Counted from the first letter of the stretch, positions 11,101-24,639 are shown. The stretch is 64,000 nt of DNA from Hemiscyllium ocellatum (GCF_020745735.1 NW_026869095.1:248001-312000), one strand, 5' to 3'. Made by a program: numbers and translations. Notes: a model not told the origin generated them from the sequence alone.

Positions 11101-14100
11101 AGTGCTCTCTCTCCATAAGTGCTCTGGATATTTGATTCAGTAATTACCCAGCAGCGGTCTTTCTCTATAAGTGCTCAGGGTACTTAATTTTGTAATTACC
11201 CAACAGCGATCTCTCTCCATAAGTGCTCAGGGTATTTAATTCAGTTATTTCCCAGCAGCGGTCTCTCTCTACAAGTGGTCAGTGCATTTAATACAGTATT
11301 TACCCAGTAGTGGTCTCCCTTTATAAGTGCTCAGGGTATTTTACTCAGTAATTACCCAGCAGCAGTTTCTCTATATAAGTGCTCAGGGTATTGAATACAG
11401 TAATTACACAGCAGCGGTCTCTCTATGTGTGCTCAATGTATTTATCTCAGTAATTACCCACCAGCGGTCTACCGTTATAAGTGCTCAGGGTATTTAACTC
11501 AGTAAGTACGCAGCAGCAGTCTCACTTTGTAAGTGCTCAGGGTATTTAATACAGTAATTACCTAGCAGCGGTCTCTCACTATAAGTGCTCAAGGTATTTA
11601 ATTCAGTAATTACCCACTAGCTGTCTCTCTCTATGAGTGCTCAGGGTATTTAATACAGTATTTACCCAGCAGCGGTCTCTGTCTATAAGTGCTCAGGGTA
11701 TTTAATTCATTAATTACCCAGCAGCGGTCTCACTCTATATGTGCTCAGGGTATTTATTTCAGTAATTAACCAGCAGCGGACTCCCATTATAAGTGCTCAG
11801 GGTATTTAATACAGTAATTACCCAGCAGCTGTCTCTCTCTGTAAGTGCTCAGGGTATCTCATACAGTAATTACCCAGCAGCAGTCTCTCTCTATAGGTGT
11901 TCAGGGTATTTTACTCAGTAATTACCAAGCAGCGGTCTCTCTCTATTAGCACTCAGGGTATTTAATTCAGTAATTACCCAGCAGCGGTCTCACTCTATAA
12001 GTGCTCAGGGTATTTAACTCAGTAATTACGCAGCAGCGGTTTCTCTCTCTTTAAGTGCTCAGGGTTTTTAGTACAGTAATTTCCCAACAGTGGTCTGTCT
12101 CTATAAGTGCTCTGGCTATTTAATTCAGTAAATACCCAGCAGATGTCTCACTTTGTAAGTGCTCAGGGTATTTAATACAGTAATTACCTAGCAGCGGTCT
12201 CTCACTATAAGTGCTCAAGGTATTTAATTCAGTAATTACCCACTAGCTGTCTCTCTCTATGAGTGCTCAGGGTATTTAATACAGTAGTTACCCAGCAGCG
12301 GTCTCTCTGTATAAGTGCTCAGGGTATTTAATACAGTAATCACTCAACAGCATTCTCTCACTATTAGTGCTCAGGGTATTTAATTCAGTAATTTCCCACT
12401 AGCGGTCTCTCTCTATGAGTACTCAGGGTATTTAATTCAGTAATTACCCAGCCGCGGTCTCTCTGTATCCATGCTCAGGGTATTTAATTCAGTGATTACC
12501 CAGCAGCGGTCTCGCTCTATAAGTGCTCAGGGTATTTAACTCAGTAATTACCCAGCAGCGGTTTCTCTCTCTATAAGTGCTCAGGGTTTTTAATACAGTA
12601 ATTTCCCAACAGTGGTCTGTCTCTATAAGTGCTCAGGGTATTTAATTCAGTTATTACCCAGCAGCGGTCTCACTCTATAAGTGCTCAGGGTATTTAACTC
12701 AGTAATTACTCAGCAGCAGACTCCCTTTAGAAGTGCTCAGGTATTTACCTCAGAAATTACCCAGCAGCAGTCTCTCTCTATAAGTGCTCAGGGTATTTAA
12801 TACAGTAATTACCCAGCAGCAGTCTCTCTCTATAGGTGTTCAGGGTATTTAATACAGTAATTACCCAGCAGCGGTCTCTCTCTATAAGTGCTCAGGGTAT
12901 TTAATACAGTAATTACCCAACAGCGGTCTCCCTTTATTTGTGCTCAGGATATTTAATTCAGTAATTACCCAGCAGCGGTCTCTCCCTCTGAGTTCTCAGG
13001 GAATTTAATTCAGTAATTACCCAGCAGCAGTCTCTCTCTATAAGTGCTCAGGTTATTTAATTCAGTAGTTACCCAGCATCAGTCTCCCTCTATAAGTGCT
13101 CAGGGTATTTAATTACAGTAATTACCCAGCAGCCTCTCTCTCTATTTGTGCTCAGGGTACTTAATTTTGTAATTACCCAACAGCGGTCTCTCTCTATAAG
13201 TGCTCAGGATATTTAATTACAGTAATTACCCAGCAGCCTCTGTCTCTATTAGTGCTCAGGGTATTTAACTCAGTTATTACTCAGCAGCAGACTCCCTTTA
13301 GAAGTGCTCAGGTATTTACCTCAGTAATTACCCAGCAACAGTCTCTCTCTATAAGTGCTCAGGGTATTTAATTCAGTAGTTACCCAGCATCAGTCTCCCT
13401 CTATAAGTGCTCAGGGTATTTAATACAGTAATTACCCAGCAGTGGTCTCCCTTCATAAGTGCTCAGGGCATTTAATACAGGAATTACCCAGCAGCGGTCT
13501 CTCTGTATAAGTGCTCAGGGTACTTAATTTTGTAATTACCCAGCAGTGGTCACTCTCTATAAGTGCTCAGGGTATTTAATACAGTAATTACCCAACAGTG
13601 GTCTCCATTTATTCGTGCTCAGGGTATTTAATTCAGTAATTACCCAGCAGCAGTCTCTCCCTATGAGTTCTCAGGGTATTTAATTCAGTAATTACCCAGC
13701 AGCAGTCTTTCTCTATAAGTGCTCAGGGTACTTAATTTTGTAATTACCCAACAGCGATCTCTCTCCATAAGTGCTCAGGGTATTTAATTCAGTTATTTCC
13801 CAGCAGCGGTCTCTCTCTATAAGTGGTCAGTGCATTTAATACAGTATTTACCCAGCAGCGGTCTCCCTTTATAAGTGCTCAGGGTATTTTACTCAGTAAT
13901 TACGCAGCAGCGGTCTCTCTCTATTAGCACTAAGGGTATTTAATTCAGTAATTACCCAGCAGCAGTCTCTCTCTATAAGTGCTCAGGGATTTTAATACAG
14001 TAATTTCCCAATAGCGGTCTCTCTCTATAAGTGCTCTGGGTATTTAATTCAAAATTACCCAGCAGCAGTCTCCCTTATTAAGTGCTCAGGGTATTTAATA

Positions 14101-15556
14101 CAGTAATTACCCACTAGCTGTCTCTCTCTATGAGTGCTCAGGGTATTTAATTCAGTAACTACCCAGCAGCTGTCTCTCTCTATAAGTGCTAAGGGTATTT
14201 AATTCATTAATTACCCAGCAGCAGTCTCAGTCTATATGTGCTCAGGGTATTTATTTCAGTAATTAACCAGCAGCGGACTTCCGTTATAAGTGCTCAGGGT
14301 ATTTCATACAGTAATTACCCAGCAGCAGTTTCACTCTATAGGTGCTCAGGGTATTTAATACAGTAATTACCCAGCAGCGGCCTCTCTGTATAAGTGCTCA
14401 GGGTATTTAATACAGTATTTACCCAGCAGCAGTCTCTCTGTATAAGTGCTCAGGGTATTTCATACAGTAATTACCCAGCAGCAGTCTCACTCTATAGGTG
14501 TTCAGGGTATTTAATGCAGTAATTACCCAACAGCGGTCTCCCTTTATTTGTTCTCAGGGTATTTAATTCAGTAATTACCCAGCAGCAGTCTCTCCCTATG
14601 AGTTCTCAGGGTATTTAATTCAGTAATTACCCAGCAGTGATCTCTCTCTATAAGTGCTAAGGGTATTTAATTCATTAATTACCCAGCAGTGCTCTCCCTC
14701 CATAAGTGCTCTGGGTATTTTATTCAGTAATTACCCAGCAGCGGTCTTTCTCTATAAGTGCTCAGGGTACTTAATTTTGTAATTACCCAACAGCGATCTC
14801 TCTTCATAAGTGCTCAGGGTATTTAATTCAGTTATTTCCCAGCAGCGGTCTCTCTCTATAAGTGGTCAGTGCATTTAATACAGTATTTACCCAGCAGCGG
14901 TCTCCCTTTATAAGTGCTCGGGGTATTTTACTCAGTAATTGCCCAGCAGCAGTTTCTCTATATAAGTGCTCAGGGTATTGAATACAGTAATTACACAGCA
15001 GCGGTCTCTCTATGTGTGCTCAATGTATTTATCTCAGTAATTACCCACCAGCGGTCTCCTGTTATAAGTGCTCAGGGTATTTAACTCAGTAATTACGCAG
15101 CAGCGGTCTCTCTCTATAAGTGCTCAGGGTATTTAATACAGTAATTTCCCAATAGCGGTCTCTCTCTATAAGTGCTCTGGGTATTTAATTTAGAAATTAC
15201 CCAGCAGCAGTCTCACTTTGTAAGTGGTCAGGGTATTTAATACAGTAATTACCCAGCAGCGGTCTCTCACTATAAGTGCTCAAGGTATTTAATTCAGTAA
15301 TTACCCACGAGCTGTCTCTCTCTGTGAGTGCTCAGGGTATTTAATACAGTAATTACCCAGCAGCGGTCTCTCTCTATAAGTGCTCAGGGTATTTAACTCA
15401 GTAATTACCGTGCAGCGGTCTCTCTCTCGAAGTGCTCAGGGTTTTTAATATAGTAATTTCCCAATAGCGGTCTCTCTCTATAAGTGCTCTGGGTATTTAA
15501 TTCAGAAATTACCCAGTGCATTTTATACAGTATTTAGCCAGCAGCGGTCTCCCTTT
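8108..15556 (+). repeat. 52-bp satellite array with higher-order repeats (about 1.3 kb period)
   Basis: Same unit; marker TATGTGTGCTCAATG at 8782, 10075, 11424, 15011. Confidence 0.97.
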
Positions 15557-15882
15557 TTTTAATAGATATTTTTATTAGAAATTTAACATTTTTGCAAGTT
15601 TATAAAAATAAACAGAACTCTCAAATACAAACATTGATGTACAATTATATCAAATATACAATAGTCAAAATTTAACAAAGGAAAGAAAAAAAAACCAAAA
15701 ACCAAAATAAAATAAAAAAAGACCCAAACTCAACTTTCTACTAATCTAACCTATAACTAACCAGAGTGTATACTTAAGTCTCTTACATGCTCGGAATGTA
15801 TTAACATCAAATGTAATAAACCCGTATTCGTGCGGGATTCCTCTCCCAAGGGGTCCCGGAGCAGCCAGGTTTGTAATCCACA

Positions 15883-18800
15883 CTAAATAAAGGCCCTTGT
15901 TAGGATGGCCGAAATATCTGCATTTATGTAATTCAAAAAGGGCTGCCATATTTTATAAAATAATTCAGTCTTTCGGTGCACCATATTTGTAAGGAAGTCA
16001 GGTGGAATATATTCCATAATTAATCTGTGCCAATTTGAAAGTCCAGGGGGGCCCTCAGCCACCCAGTTCACCAAAATACTTTTTCCTCGCACAGAAAGAG
16101 AGAATAGAAAATAGTCTCTTCCCGTGCGTATCCAGGGAGGGTAAGTTCGAAAAGTCCAAAAGGAGAGATACAGGGTCCACTCTAATTTCCGTTCCTAAAA
16201 TATCTGTCAGGGTACTTGCTACTTTAGTCCAATATCTACGGATCTTATGACAAGTCCATAGGCAATGTACAAGAGTGCCCACCTCTATTTTGCATTTGGG
16301 ACACATTGGAGATGCTCCTGCCTTAAATTTTGCCAATCGAGCCGGTGCTATATGGGCCCTATGAAGTATCTTCAGCTGGATAGCCTGGGTTCTGTTGCAG
16401 ATAGTAATTCTTCTAGCATTTTCCCAAATATCATTCCACGTTTCTATAGAGATTTCTAGTCCCAAATCCTGATCCCATGTTTTAAGCAGATTGTCCATAT
16501 CTCCCGATACTTCATCATGTAGTAAATGATAAATAGTACTAACGGAGGATACCCCTACTGGTCGTAGGACATTACATTCTCTATCTGATTTATAAAGACT
16601 ATCTATTAACGTAGTCTTCTTCTGTATATAATCTCGAATTTGGAAGTATCGAAAGAGGTCTCCATTGGGTAATCCGAATTTCTGACGCAGCTGTTCAAAG
16701 GACATCAGGACCCCATCTTTAAATAGGTCCCCTAAACATGAGATACCTCTGGATCTCCAGAGTTTAAAAGTGGCATCTGTAAACCCCGGTTGGAATCCCC
16801 ATGCCACTACTATCGGTGCATGGGGTGATGTTTTATGTAAATTACCCTCATTTTGCCGTATTATATTCCAGGCCTGAACTGATATTTTCTAAAGTCTGGG
16901 AAATCCAGTCCTCCCCTTGCCTGTGGAAGCTGTAGCTTCTTCAGCTTAATAAGGGGCCGTCTATGATTCCAAATAAAGGAACCCAGCCAGCCATATAATT
17001 TACATAGGGCCATACTTGGCAGCATCACCGGGAGCATTCTCATAGGATATAGGAGACAGGGCAGAACATTCATTTTAATTAGTGCTATTCTACCCAACCA
17101 GGAAATCGGAAGGTCTCCCCATCGCTGGAGGTCCTGCCTTATCCTTTCCAGTAATTGCACAAAATTAGCCCTATACAACTGACCAAATACTGGAGTAATA
17201 AAAATACCTAAATATAAGAAGCCCTCCAGGGACCAACGAAAGGGAAAAAAGGATCCGTCCACTAAGTGGGGTGTCATAGCCAGGCCACCCATTGGCATAG
17301 CCTCTGATTTTGAAAAATTAATTTTATAGCCTGAGAATGCACTAAATGTATTAATAACTTGAATCAGAGGATTATTGAGGAATAAAAGAATATCATCTGC
17401 ATAAAGAGTAATTTTGTGTTTACCTGTACCAATCCTCGGGGCCGTTATATTAGGATTAGTCCGTATAGCTTCTGCTAGTGGTTCAATTATTAGCGTAAAT
17501 AACAATGGCGAGAGAGGACATCCTTGACGGCAGCCCCTACCCACACTGAAGTTATCCGATCTTAACCCATTGGTAATAACAACTGCTTTGGGATCACTAT
17601 ACAATGTTGAGACCCATTCGGTAAACACCTGTCCAACGCTAAACCTTTCCAATGTGTAAAACAAATATGACCAGTCAACCCTGTCGAATGCCTTTTCCGC
17701 ATCCAGTGAAATTACTACTCCTGGTATCTTTCCCTGATGACAGGCTTGGATCATATTCAAGACCCTTCTAATATTATTGGATGATCTACAGCCCTTAATA
17801 AATCCCGTCTGATCCTCCTTTATAATATGTGGCAGTACCCTTTCTAGTCTCAGTGCTGACATTTTAGAGAGGATTTTAAAATCTACATTTAGCGAGGATA
17901 TTGGTCTATAAGATGTACAGTCTTCTGGGTCTTTTCCTTTTTTAAGGATAAGAGAGATATTTGCCTCTTTCAGCGAAGGCGGGAGACAGCCCTGACTATA
18001 TGCAAAGTTATACATGTCCATAAGTGGATCAGCCAATATTTCTGTAAATTCTTTATAGAATTCAGCTTGAAAACCATCTGGGCCCGGTGCCTTTCCGCTC
18101 TGGAGTTGCCTAATTGCATCAAGTATTTCTTGGACTGTTAGAGGAGTATTTAGGGCCGATACCTGTTCCGGAGTCAAGCCCGGAAAGGTCAAATTTTTAA
18201 AAAATGACTGCATCCTCCTAGTCCTATCTTCACAATCCTGCGATTTATATAACTCAGAATAAAATTCTCTAAAGATCGCATTAATCTTTTTATGATCATG
18301 AGTCAAGGTACCTGTACTTTCCTTGATAGACGTAATAGTCTGAGGGGCCTTGTTTTTCTTTGCAAGAAATGCTAAGTATCTACCCAGTTTGTCGCCATAT
18401 TCATATAATCTTTGTTTTGCAAATAATATTTCCCTCTTAGCCGTTTGAGTAAGCATAGTGTTTAGAGCTGTCCTAAGAGCCGTAATCCTTTGCAACTTTA
18501 TAATAGAAGGTCTATCAGCGTATGCTGTTTTAGCTGCTTTTAAGCGAGCTTCGAGCAGACGCTGTTGCTCTCCCTTCAGTTTTTTCTGGGTCGCTGAGTA
18601 GGAGATGATCAAACTTCGTGCATAAGCTTTGATGGTCTCCCACATCATTGATGGGTTGCTAGCCGTACCTGAATTAATTTCTAAAAAAAGTTTTAAATTC
18701 TTGGGAGAAGTACTTTACAAATTTACTATCTTTTATCAGGAAGGGGTCCATACGCCAATGCCGAGCGGATGTCCCATTGTTCCTTGCCTTAGTTTCCATA

Positions 18801-19485
18801 TATACAGCGGAGTGGTCGGAAATCGCTATAGTACCTATTTTACAGGATAATATAGAATTTTTAAAAATCGATGGGGCAAAAAACATATCAATTGTTGTAT
18901 GACATTTATGTGGATTAGAGTAGAAAGAAAAATCTCTACCCTGTGGATGAAGACATCTCCATACATATTCAGATCCGCCAATTGTCTAGATCTGGGAGAT
19001 ACTCCGGCAGCTCTCTTGGGAATCCTATCTATTTCCGGATCCATAATACAATTAAAGTCTCCCCCTATAATTGTATGACGGGCAGCAAAGGCCATCAATT
19101 TTGAAAAAGCTTCCATTATAAATTTAGAGGGGTGTGCCGGGGGGCAGTACAAATTTAGAATCCCATATTCCTCTCCATCTACGAGAGCTTTAATCAAAAT
19201 ATATCGTCCAAATTCGTCTTTTATCTGATTTAGAATTTTGAAAGGGAAATTCTTCCGAACAAGAATAACAACTCCCCTGCTTTTTGAGCTAAAAGAAGAG
19301 GAAAAGGCCTGATCAAATCCGCCCTGTCGTAATTTTAAGTGTTCTTTATCCGACAGGTGTGTCTCCTGTAGGAGAGCTATATCAACTCTCTCTTTCTTAA
19401 GATTTGATAATATTTTCTTCCTTTTGACTGGCGAATTACTCCCCTTGACATTCCAGGTGCACCACTTAACCGACTGATCAACCAT
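15883..19485 (-). pseudogene. L1 ORF2 (endonuclease, reverse transcriptase, zinc knuckle), frameshifted
   Basis: Split over ORFs 18835-19485, 18674-18886, 16861-18648, 16055-16807 and 15883-16092. Confidence 0.93.
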
Positions 19486-20201
19486 AATCATCTGGGCAGG
19501 TCCGAGACCCCTCAGGAGGGGAAACCCTATCTGGAACATCCCGAGCACGGAGCATATAAAATTTACAAAAATAAAGGCTCTCTATTACACTCACAACAAT
19601 ATAATAAAAAACTATTTCTAAATAAAAAAACGTTAAAACGTACCTAAATGGAGATTTTCCCCCTTGTTCCCAGGGAGCGTCACTTCCTCTCCCACAGTCC
19701 ATCTTATCCTCTCTCAACCAATGCCCCACCCTTGACCCAGGTGCTCCTCAATAAAATGAGGAGAATTCAAATATAATACAAAGCTAGAGTTAACAGTGAG
19801 CACCCTACCCCCGCCCACACCAACACCTGGATATATTTGGGAATGTTAATACCATATATAAATATATAACTATAAAATTATCTCAACAAGTAATAATTAA
19901 ATATAATAATACAAAATAACAGGGGAAAAACAACCCCGCTCCTAAAGACAGAGGTAAAATAGAATAATGTAACCACCTCCCCCCACCAACATTAACCAAT
20001 CGCCCCAACATATATATACATGCATACATACCCACATATATACATAAAGTAATAAAAGAAAACAAACCAAGCGGGGGGGGGGAGAAAATCAAATCCCTCT
20101 CCCCGCCCCCCCATGATAATATTAAACACTGAGGTAAAAAAAGGGGGGAATATAGACCAAAGTGGGGGGAAGGCAAACCAACATCCACAATCTCTTACAG
20201 T

Positions 20202-21030
20202 TTATTTAAGAGAGTCCAAGAATTCCTTTGCCTTCTCTGGTGAACCGAAGTTATATATGGATCCTTTGTGGTTAAAATGTAGCGTCGCTGGATAGCGTAA
20301 AGAGTACTGAGTATTTAAGTCCCTTAAAAGCTTCTTCACCTCATCGAACGCCTTCCTCTTTCGGACCAGAGCTGGGGAAAAATCCTGAAATAGCATGATC
20401 TTGGATCCTTTATAGATCATGGCTTGGGGGTCTTTTCCAAGATTTCTTGAGGCTTCTAGGAGCATCTGCCTCTCCCTATAACTCTGCAGCTGGAACAGGA
20501 CCGGGCGTGGGCGCTGGTTCGAGCCGGGCCCACGTATTGCGACCCGGTAGGCCCATTCCACCCTTATCTGGCCTGATCCAGCATGCAGATTCAAAAGCTG
20601 TGGCAGCCACTGCTCCAGGAATGCTGTGAGCTGGCCTTCCTCTTCCCGTTCGGGAAGGCCCAGCAACCGAATATTTTTTCGACGACCTCAATTATCGAGA
20701 TCGTCAATATGATTTTCTAAGGCCCGGACTCGCTGCTCGAGAGTCCGGACCTGATCCGCGGCCGATTGAGCTGCAGTTTCGGAGGTCGCGGCCTTTAACT
20801 CTGCCCCTCCGACTCGGCGCTCCAGTTCCTGGATGTCTCGGCCGTGCTTCTGCAGCTCGGCCGAGAGTGATTCCCAGCGATTTCGGGACTCCTCGATGAA
20901 GGCATCGATCTTAGCGTCCAGCTTGGTGATCATCTCCACAAGGCTTGTTACCGTCGGTAAGTCCCCCGGGGCGGCTGTGGACGCCTCTGCTGCAGCTGAA
21001 GAGGGAGAGGGTGGGGGAGGGGGTCCCCCA
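20202..21030 (-). pseudogene. L1 ORF1 with premature stop
   Basis: Coiled coil then IDDLDN*GRRKNIRLLGLPE; TGA at 20688-20690 is likely CGA>TGA; QDFS and LRYPA motifs; no clear start codon. Confidence 0.88.
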
Positions 21031-21160
21031 CTATTTAAATTTAACAGCTATTATGAATGATTTGGTGAGTGTGGTGGGGGTGGGTGACCCACTTTACCCA
21101 AGTCTTGGGAAGAGCACTATAGACTCAGACTTGCTGGGTCGCCGCCACCTTGGATTCCCC

Positions 21161-23288
21161 GTGCTCAGGGTATTTACCTCAGTAATTATCCAGCAGTCGT
21201 CTCTCTGTCTATAAGTGCTCAGGGAATTTAATACAGTAATTACCCAGCAGCGGTCTTCTTTTATAAGTGCTTAGGGTATTTAATTCAGTAATTACCCAAA
21301 AGCGGTCTATCTGTATAAGTGCTCAGGGTATTTAATTCAGTAATTACCCAGCAGCGGTCTCTCTCTACAAGTGATCTGGGTATTTAATACAGTAATAACC
21401 CAGCAACGTTCTCTCTCAATAAGTGCCCTGGGTATTTAATTCAGTAATTACCCAGTGGCAGACTCCCGTTATAAGTGCTCAGGGCATTTAATACAGTAAT
21501 TACCCAGCAGTGGTCTCTCTCAATAAGTGCCCTGGGTATTTAATTCAGTAATTACCCAGCAGCAGTCTCCATTTATAAGTGCTCAGGGTATTTAATAAAT
21601 TAATTACCCAGCAGCAGTCTCTCTGTATAAGTGCTCAGGGTATTTAATACAGTAATTACCCAACAGCGGTCTCCATTTATTTGTGCTCAGGTTATTTAAT
21701 TCAGTAATTACCCAACAGCGGTCTCTCTCTATAAGTGCTCAGGGTATTTAATTCAGTAATTACGCAGCAGTGGTCTCTCTCTATAAGTGCTAAGGGTATT
21801 TAATTCATTAATTAACCAGCAGCGGTCTCTCTCTATAAGTGATCAGGGTATTTATTTCAGTAATTGCCCAGCAGTGGTGTCTCTCTCTCTATAAGTGTTC
21901 TGTGTATTAAATTCAGTAATTACCCAGCAGCAGTCTCCCTTTATTAGTGCTCAGGGTATTTAACTCAGTAATTACCCAGCAGCGGTCTTTCTCTATAAGT
22001 GCTCAGGGTATTTAATTCACTTATTTCCCAACAGCGGTGTCTCTCTATAACTGCTCAGGGTATTTAACTCAGTAATTACCCAGCAGCGGTCTCTCTCTAT
22101 AAGTGCTCAGGGTATTTAACTCAGTAATTACCCAGCAGCAGTCTCTCTCTATAAGTGCTCAGGGTATTTAATTCAGTAACTACCCAGCAGCGGTCTCCCT
22201 TAAGAAGTGCTCAGGGTATTTAATTCAGTAACTACCCAGCAGCAGACTCCCGTTATAAGTGCTCAGGGTATTAATCTCAGTAATTATCCAGCAGCGGTCT
22301 CTCTCTCTATAAGTGTTCAGGGTATTCAATTCTGTAATTACCCAGCAGCGGTCTCCCGTTATAAATGCTCAGGGTATTTAATGCAGTAATTACCCAGCAG
22401 TGGTCTCTCTCTATAAGTGCTCAGGGTATTTAATACAGTAATTACCCAGCAGGGTCTCCCTCTATAAGTGCTCAGGGTATTTAATGCAGTAAATACCCAG
22501 CAGCGGTCTCTCTCTATTTGGGCTCAGGATATTTAATTCAGTTATTACCCAGCAGCGGTCTCCCTTTATAAGTGCTCAGGCTATTTAACTCAGTAATTAC
22601 TCAGCAGCAGACTCCCTTTAGAAGTGCTCAGGTATTTACCTCAGTAAGTACGCAGCAGCGGTCTCTCTCTATAAGTGCTCAGGGTATTTAATACAGTAAT
22701 TACCCAACAGCGGTCTCCTTTCATAAGTGCTCAGGGTATTTAATACAGGAATTACCCAGCACCCGTCTCTCTCTATATGCGCTCAGGGTATTTAATACAG
22801 TAATTACCCAACAGCGGTCTCCCTTTATAAGTGCTCAGGGTATTTAATACTGTAAGTACCCAGCAGCAGGTTCTCTCTATAAGTGCTCAGGTTATTTAAT
22901 TCAGTAATTACCCAGCAGCCGTCTGTCTGTATAAGTGCTCAGGGTATTTAATACAGGAATTACCCAGCAGCAGTCTCTCTCTATAAGTGCTCAGGGTATT
23001 TAACTCAGTAATTACCCAGCAGCGGTCTCTCTCTATAAGTGCTCAGGGTATTTAATACAGTAATTACCCAGCAGCGGTCTGTCTGTATAAGTGCTCAGGG
23101 TATTTAATACAGGAATTACCCAGCAGCAGTCTCTCTCTATAAGTGCTCAGGGTATTTAACTCAGTAATTACCCAGCAGCGGTCTGTCTGTATAAGTGCTC
23201 AGGGTATTTAACTCAGTAATTACCCAGCAGCGGTCTGTCTGTATAAGTGCTCAGGGTATTTAATACAGGAATTACCCAGCAGCAGACT
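21161..23288 (+). repeat. 52-bp satellite array (continues after the L1)
   Basis: Resumes in register at GTGCTCAGGG. Confidence 0.97.
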
Positions 23289-23289
23289 G

Positions 23290-23700
23290 ACTGCAGGAGA
23301 CTGAAGGATCGCGCAGCGTCACCCTCAGCCCGCACGAGCTCGGGCCTTTTCAAACCGCCAACGGCCGGTGCGCGAGCACAAATGCGACGCTGTGATTGGC
23401 GGGCGTCTCTCCTTGCGGATTCTTTGGGGGGGGGGGGGGGGGGGGGGGGGGGCGGGGGATCGGGACTGGCCGCGAGACGCCGGACATTGGGAGTTTAAAT
23501 CCCAACAGCAGGCAGGATCGCGAGCAGCAAAGCGAGGCTGTGATTGGGCGGGGCCACCCCGCAAGGCTGTGATTGGGCAGAGCCGCCCCGCTTTCGGGGG
23601 AGGGGCGGCCTTGTGGCGCGAGAGATTGCGTGTTTAAATCGCAACGGCCGGAGCCGAGCAGCAAAGCGAGGCTGTGATTGGCGGGTTCGTGGTGTTGGCG
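23290..23700. promoter_or_regulatory. CpG-rich promoter-like module of three ~140-bp degenerate units
   Basis: High CpG; four CTGTGATTGG (reverse CCAAT) boxes, GGCGGG, CAACGG/CAACAG, TTTAAA/TTCAAA, long G-run. Confidence 0.5.
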
Positions 23701-23851
23701 CTGAAGATGAAGCGATGCCCAAGTTGCTGTCATCGAGTGAACTCAATAACCCCCAAAAGCCGTGCAGTTCAGTCCAGTTTAAAATCTGATTGAAGATTTG
23801 TAGCTCGGGTATCCGTTGTTGTGGTTCTGCTCGCCGAGCTGGACGTTTTTG

Positions 23852-23895
23852 CTGCAAACGTTTCGTTCCCTGGCTAGGGAACATCATCAGTGCTG
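23852..23895 (-). ncRNA. Hammerhead ribozyme motif (left arm)
   Basis: CAGCA-CTGATGA-T-GTTCCCT-AGCC-AGGGAAC-GAAA-CGTT-TGCAG, 7-bp stem II. Confidence 0.72.
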
Positions 23896-24519
23896 TTGGA
23901 GCTTCCTGTGAAGCGCTGCTTTGATGTTTCTTCCGGTATTTATAGTGGTTTGTTCTTGCCTCTTCCGGGTGTCAGTTTCAGATGCAGTGATTTGTATGTG
24001 GGGTCCAGGTCGATGTGTCTGTTGATGGATGTTCTTGCCGTTTCTGGGTGTCAGTTTCAGCTGTAGTGGTTTGTATATGGTGTCCAGGTCAATATGTCTG
24101 TTGATGGAGTTTGGGGATGAATGCCATGCTTCTAAGAATTCTCTGGCTGTTCTCTGTCTGGCTTGTCCTATGATAGTGGTGTTTTCCCAGTCAAATTCAT
24201 GTTGCTGGTTGTCTGAGTGTTTGACTGGGAAAACACCACTATCATAGGACAAGCCAGACAGAGAACAGCCAGAGAATTCTTAGAAGCATGGCATTCATCC
24301 CCAAACTCCATCAACAGACACATTGACCTGGACACCATATACAAACCACTACAGCTGAAACTGACACCCGGAAACGGCAAGAACATCCATCAACAGACAC
24401 ATCGACCTGGACCCCACATACAAATCACTGCAGCTGAAACTGACACCCGGAAGCGGCAAGAACAAACCAATATAAATACCGGAAGAAACATCAAAGCAGC
24501 GCTTCACACGAGGCTCCAA

Positions 24520-24563
24520 CAGCACTGATGATGTTCCCTAGCCAGGGAACGAAACGTTTGCAG
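24520..24563 (+). ncRNA. Hammerhead ribozyme motif (right arm)
   Basis: Same motif on the plus strand; CTGATGA at 24525-24531, GAAA at 24551-24554. Confidence 0.72.
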
Positions 24564-24639
24564 CAAAAACTTCCAGCTCGGCGAGCAGAACCACAACACC
24601 AGTTTAAAATCCTGGATTCATTTAGGGGGAGAGCAAAGA

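Larger units (their letters stand above)
15557..21160 (-). mobile_element. Full-length but inactivated L1 (LINE-1) retrotransposon, about 5.6 kb
   Basis: 5' end GGGGAATCCAAGGTGGCGGCG (YY1-like), ORF1, AT-rich spacer, ORF2 (APE endonuclease WNVKG/LQETH/GDFN; RT DAEKAFD, RQGCPLSP, YADD; CCHC), A-rich 3' end; satellite on both sides. Confidence 0.96.
23787..24598. mobile_element. Penelope-like element 3' end arranged as a fold-back palindrome
   Basis: Arms 23817-24195 and 24220-24598 (379 bp), 24-bp spacer; GIY-YIG C-terminal peptide FDWENTTII...REFLEAWHS...SINRHIDL on both strands; 13-bp TSD CCAGTTTAAAATC at 23774-23786 and 24599-24611. Confidence 0.9.

Noticed and set aside
16861-18648. 595-aa reverse transcriptase as an active or domesticated gene
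   Set aside because: Middle part of a frameshifted L1 ORF2 with small deletions; ORF1 also has a stop
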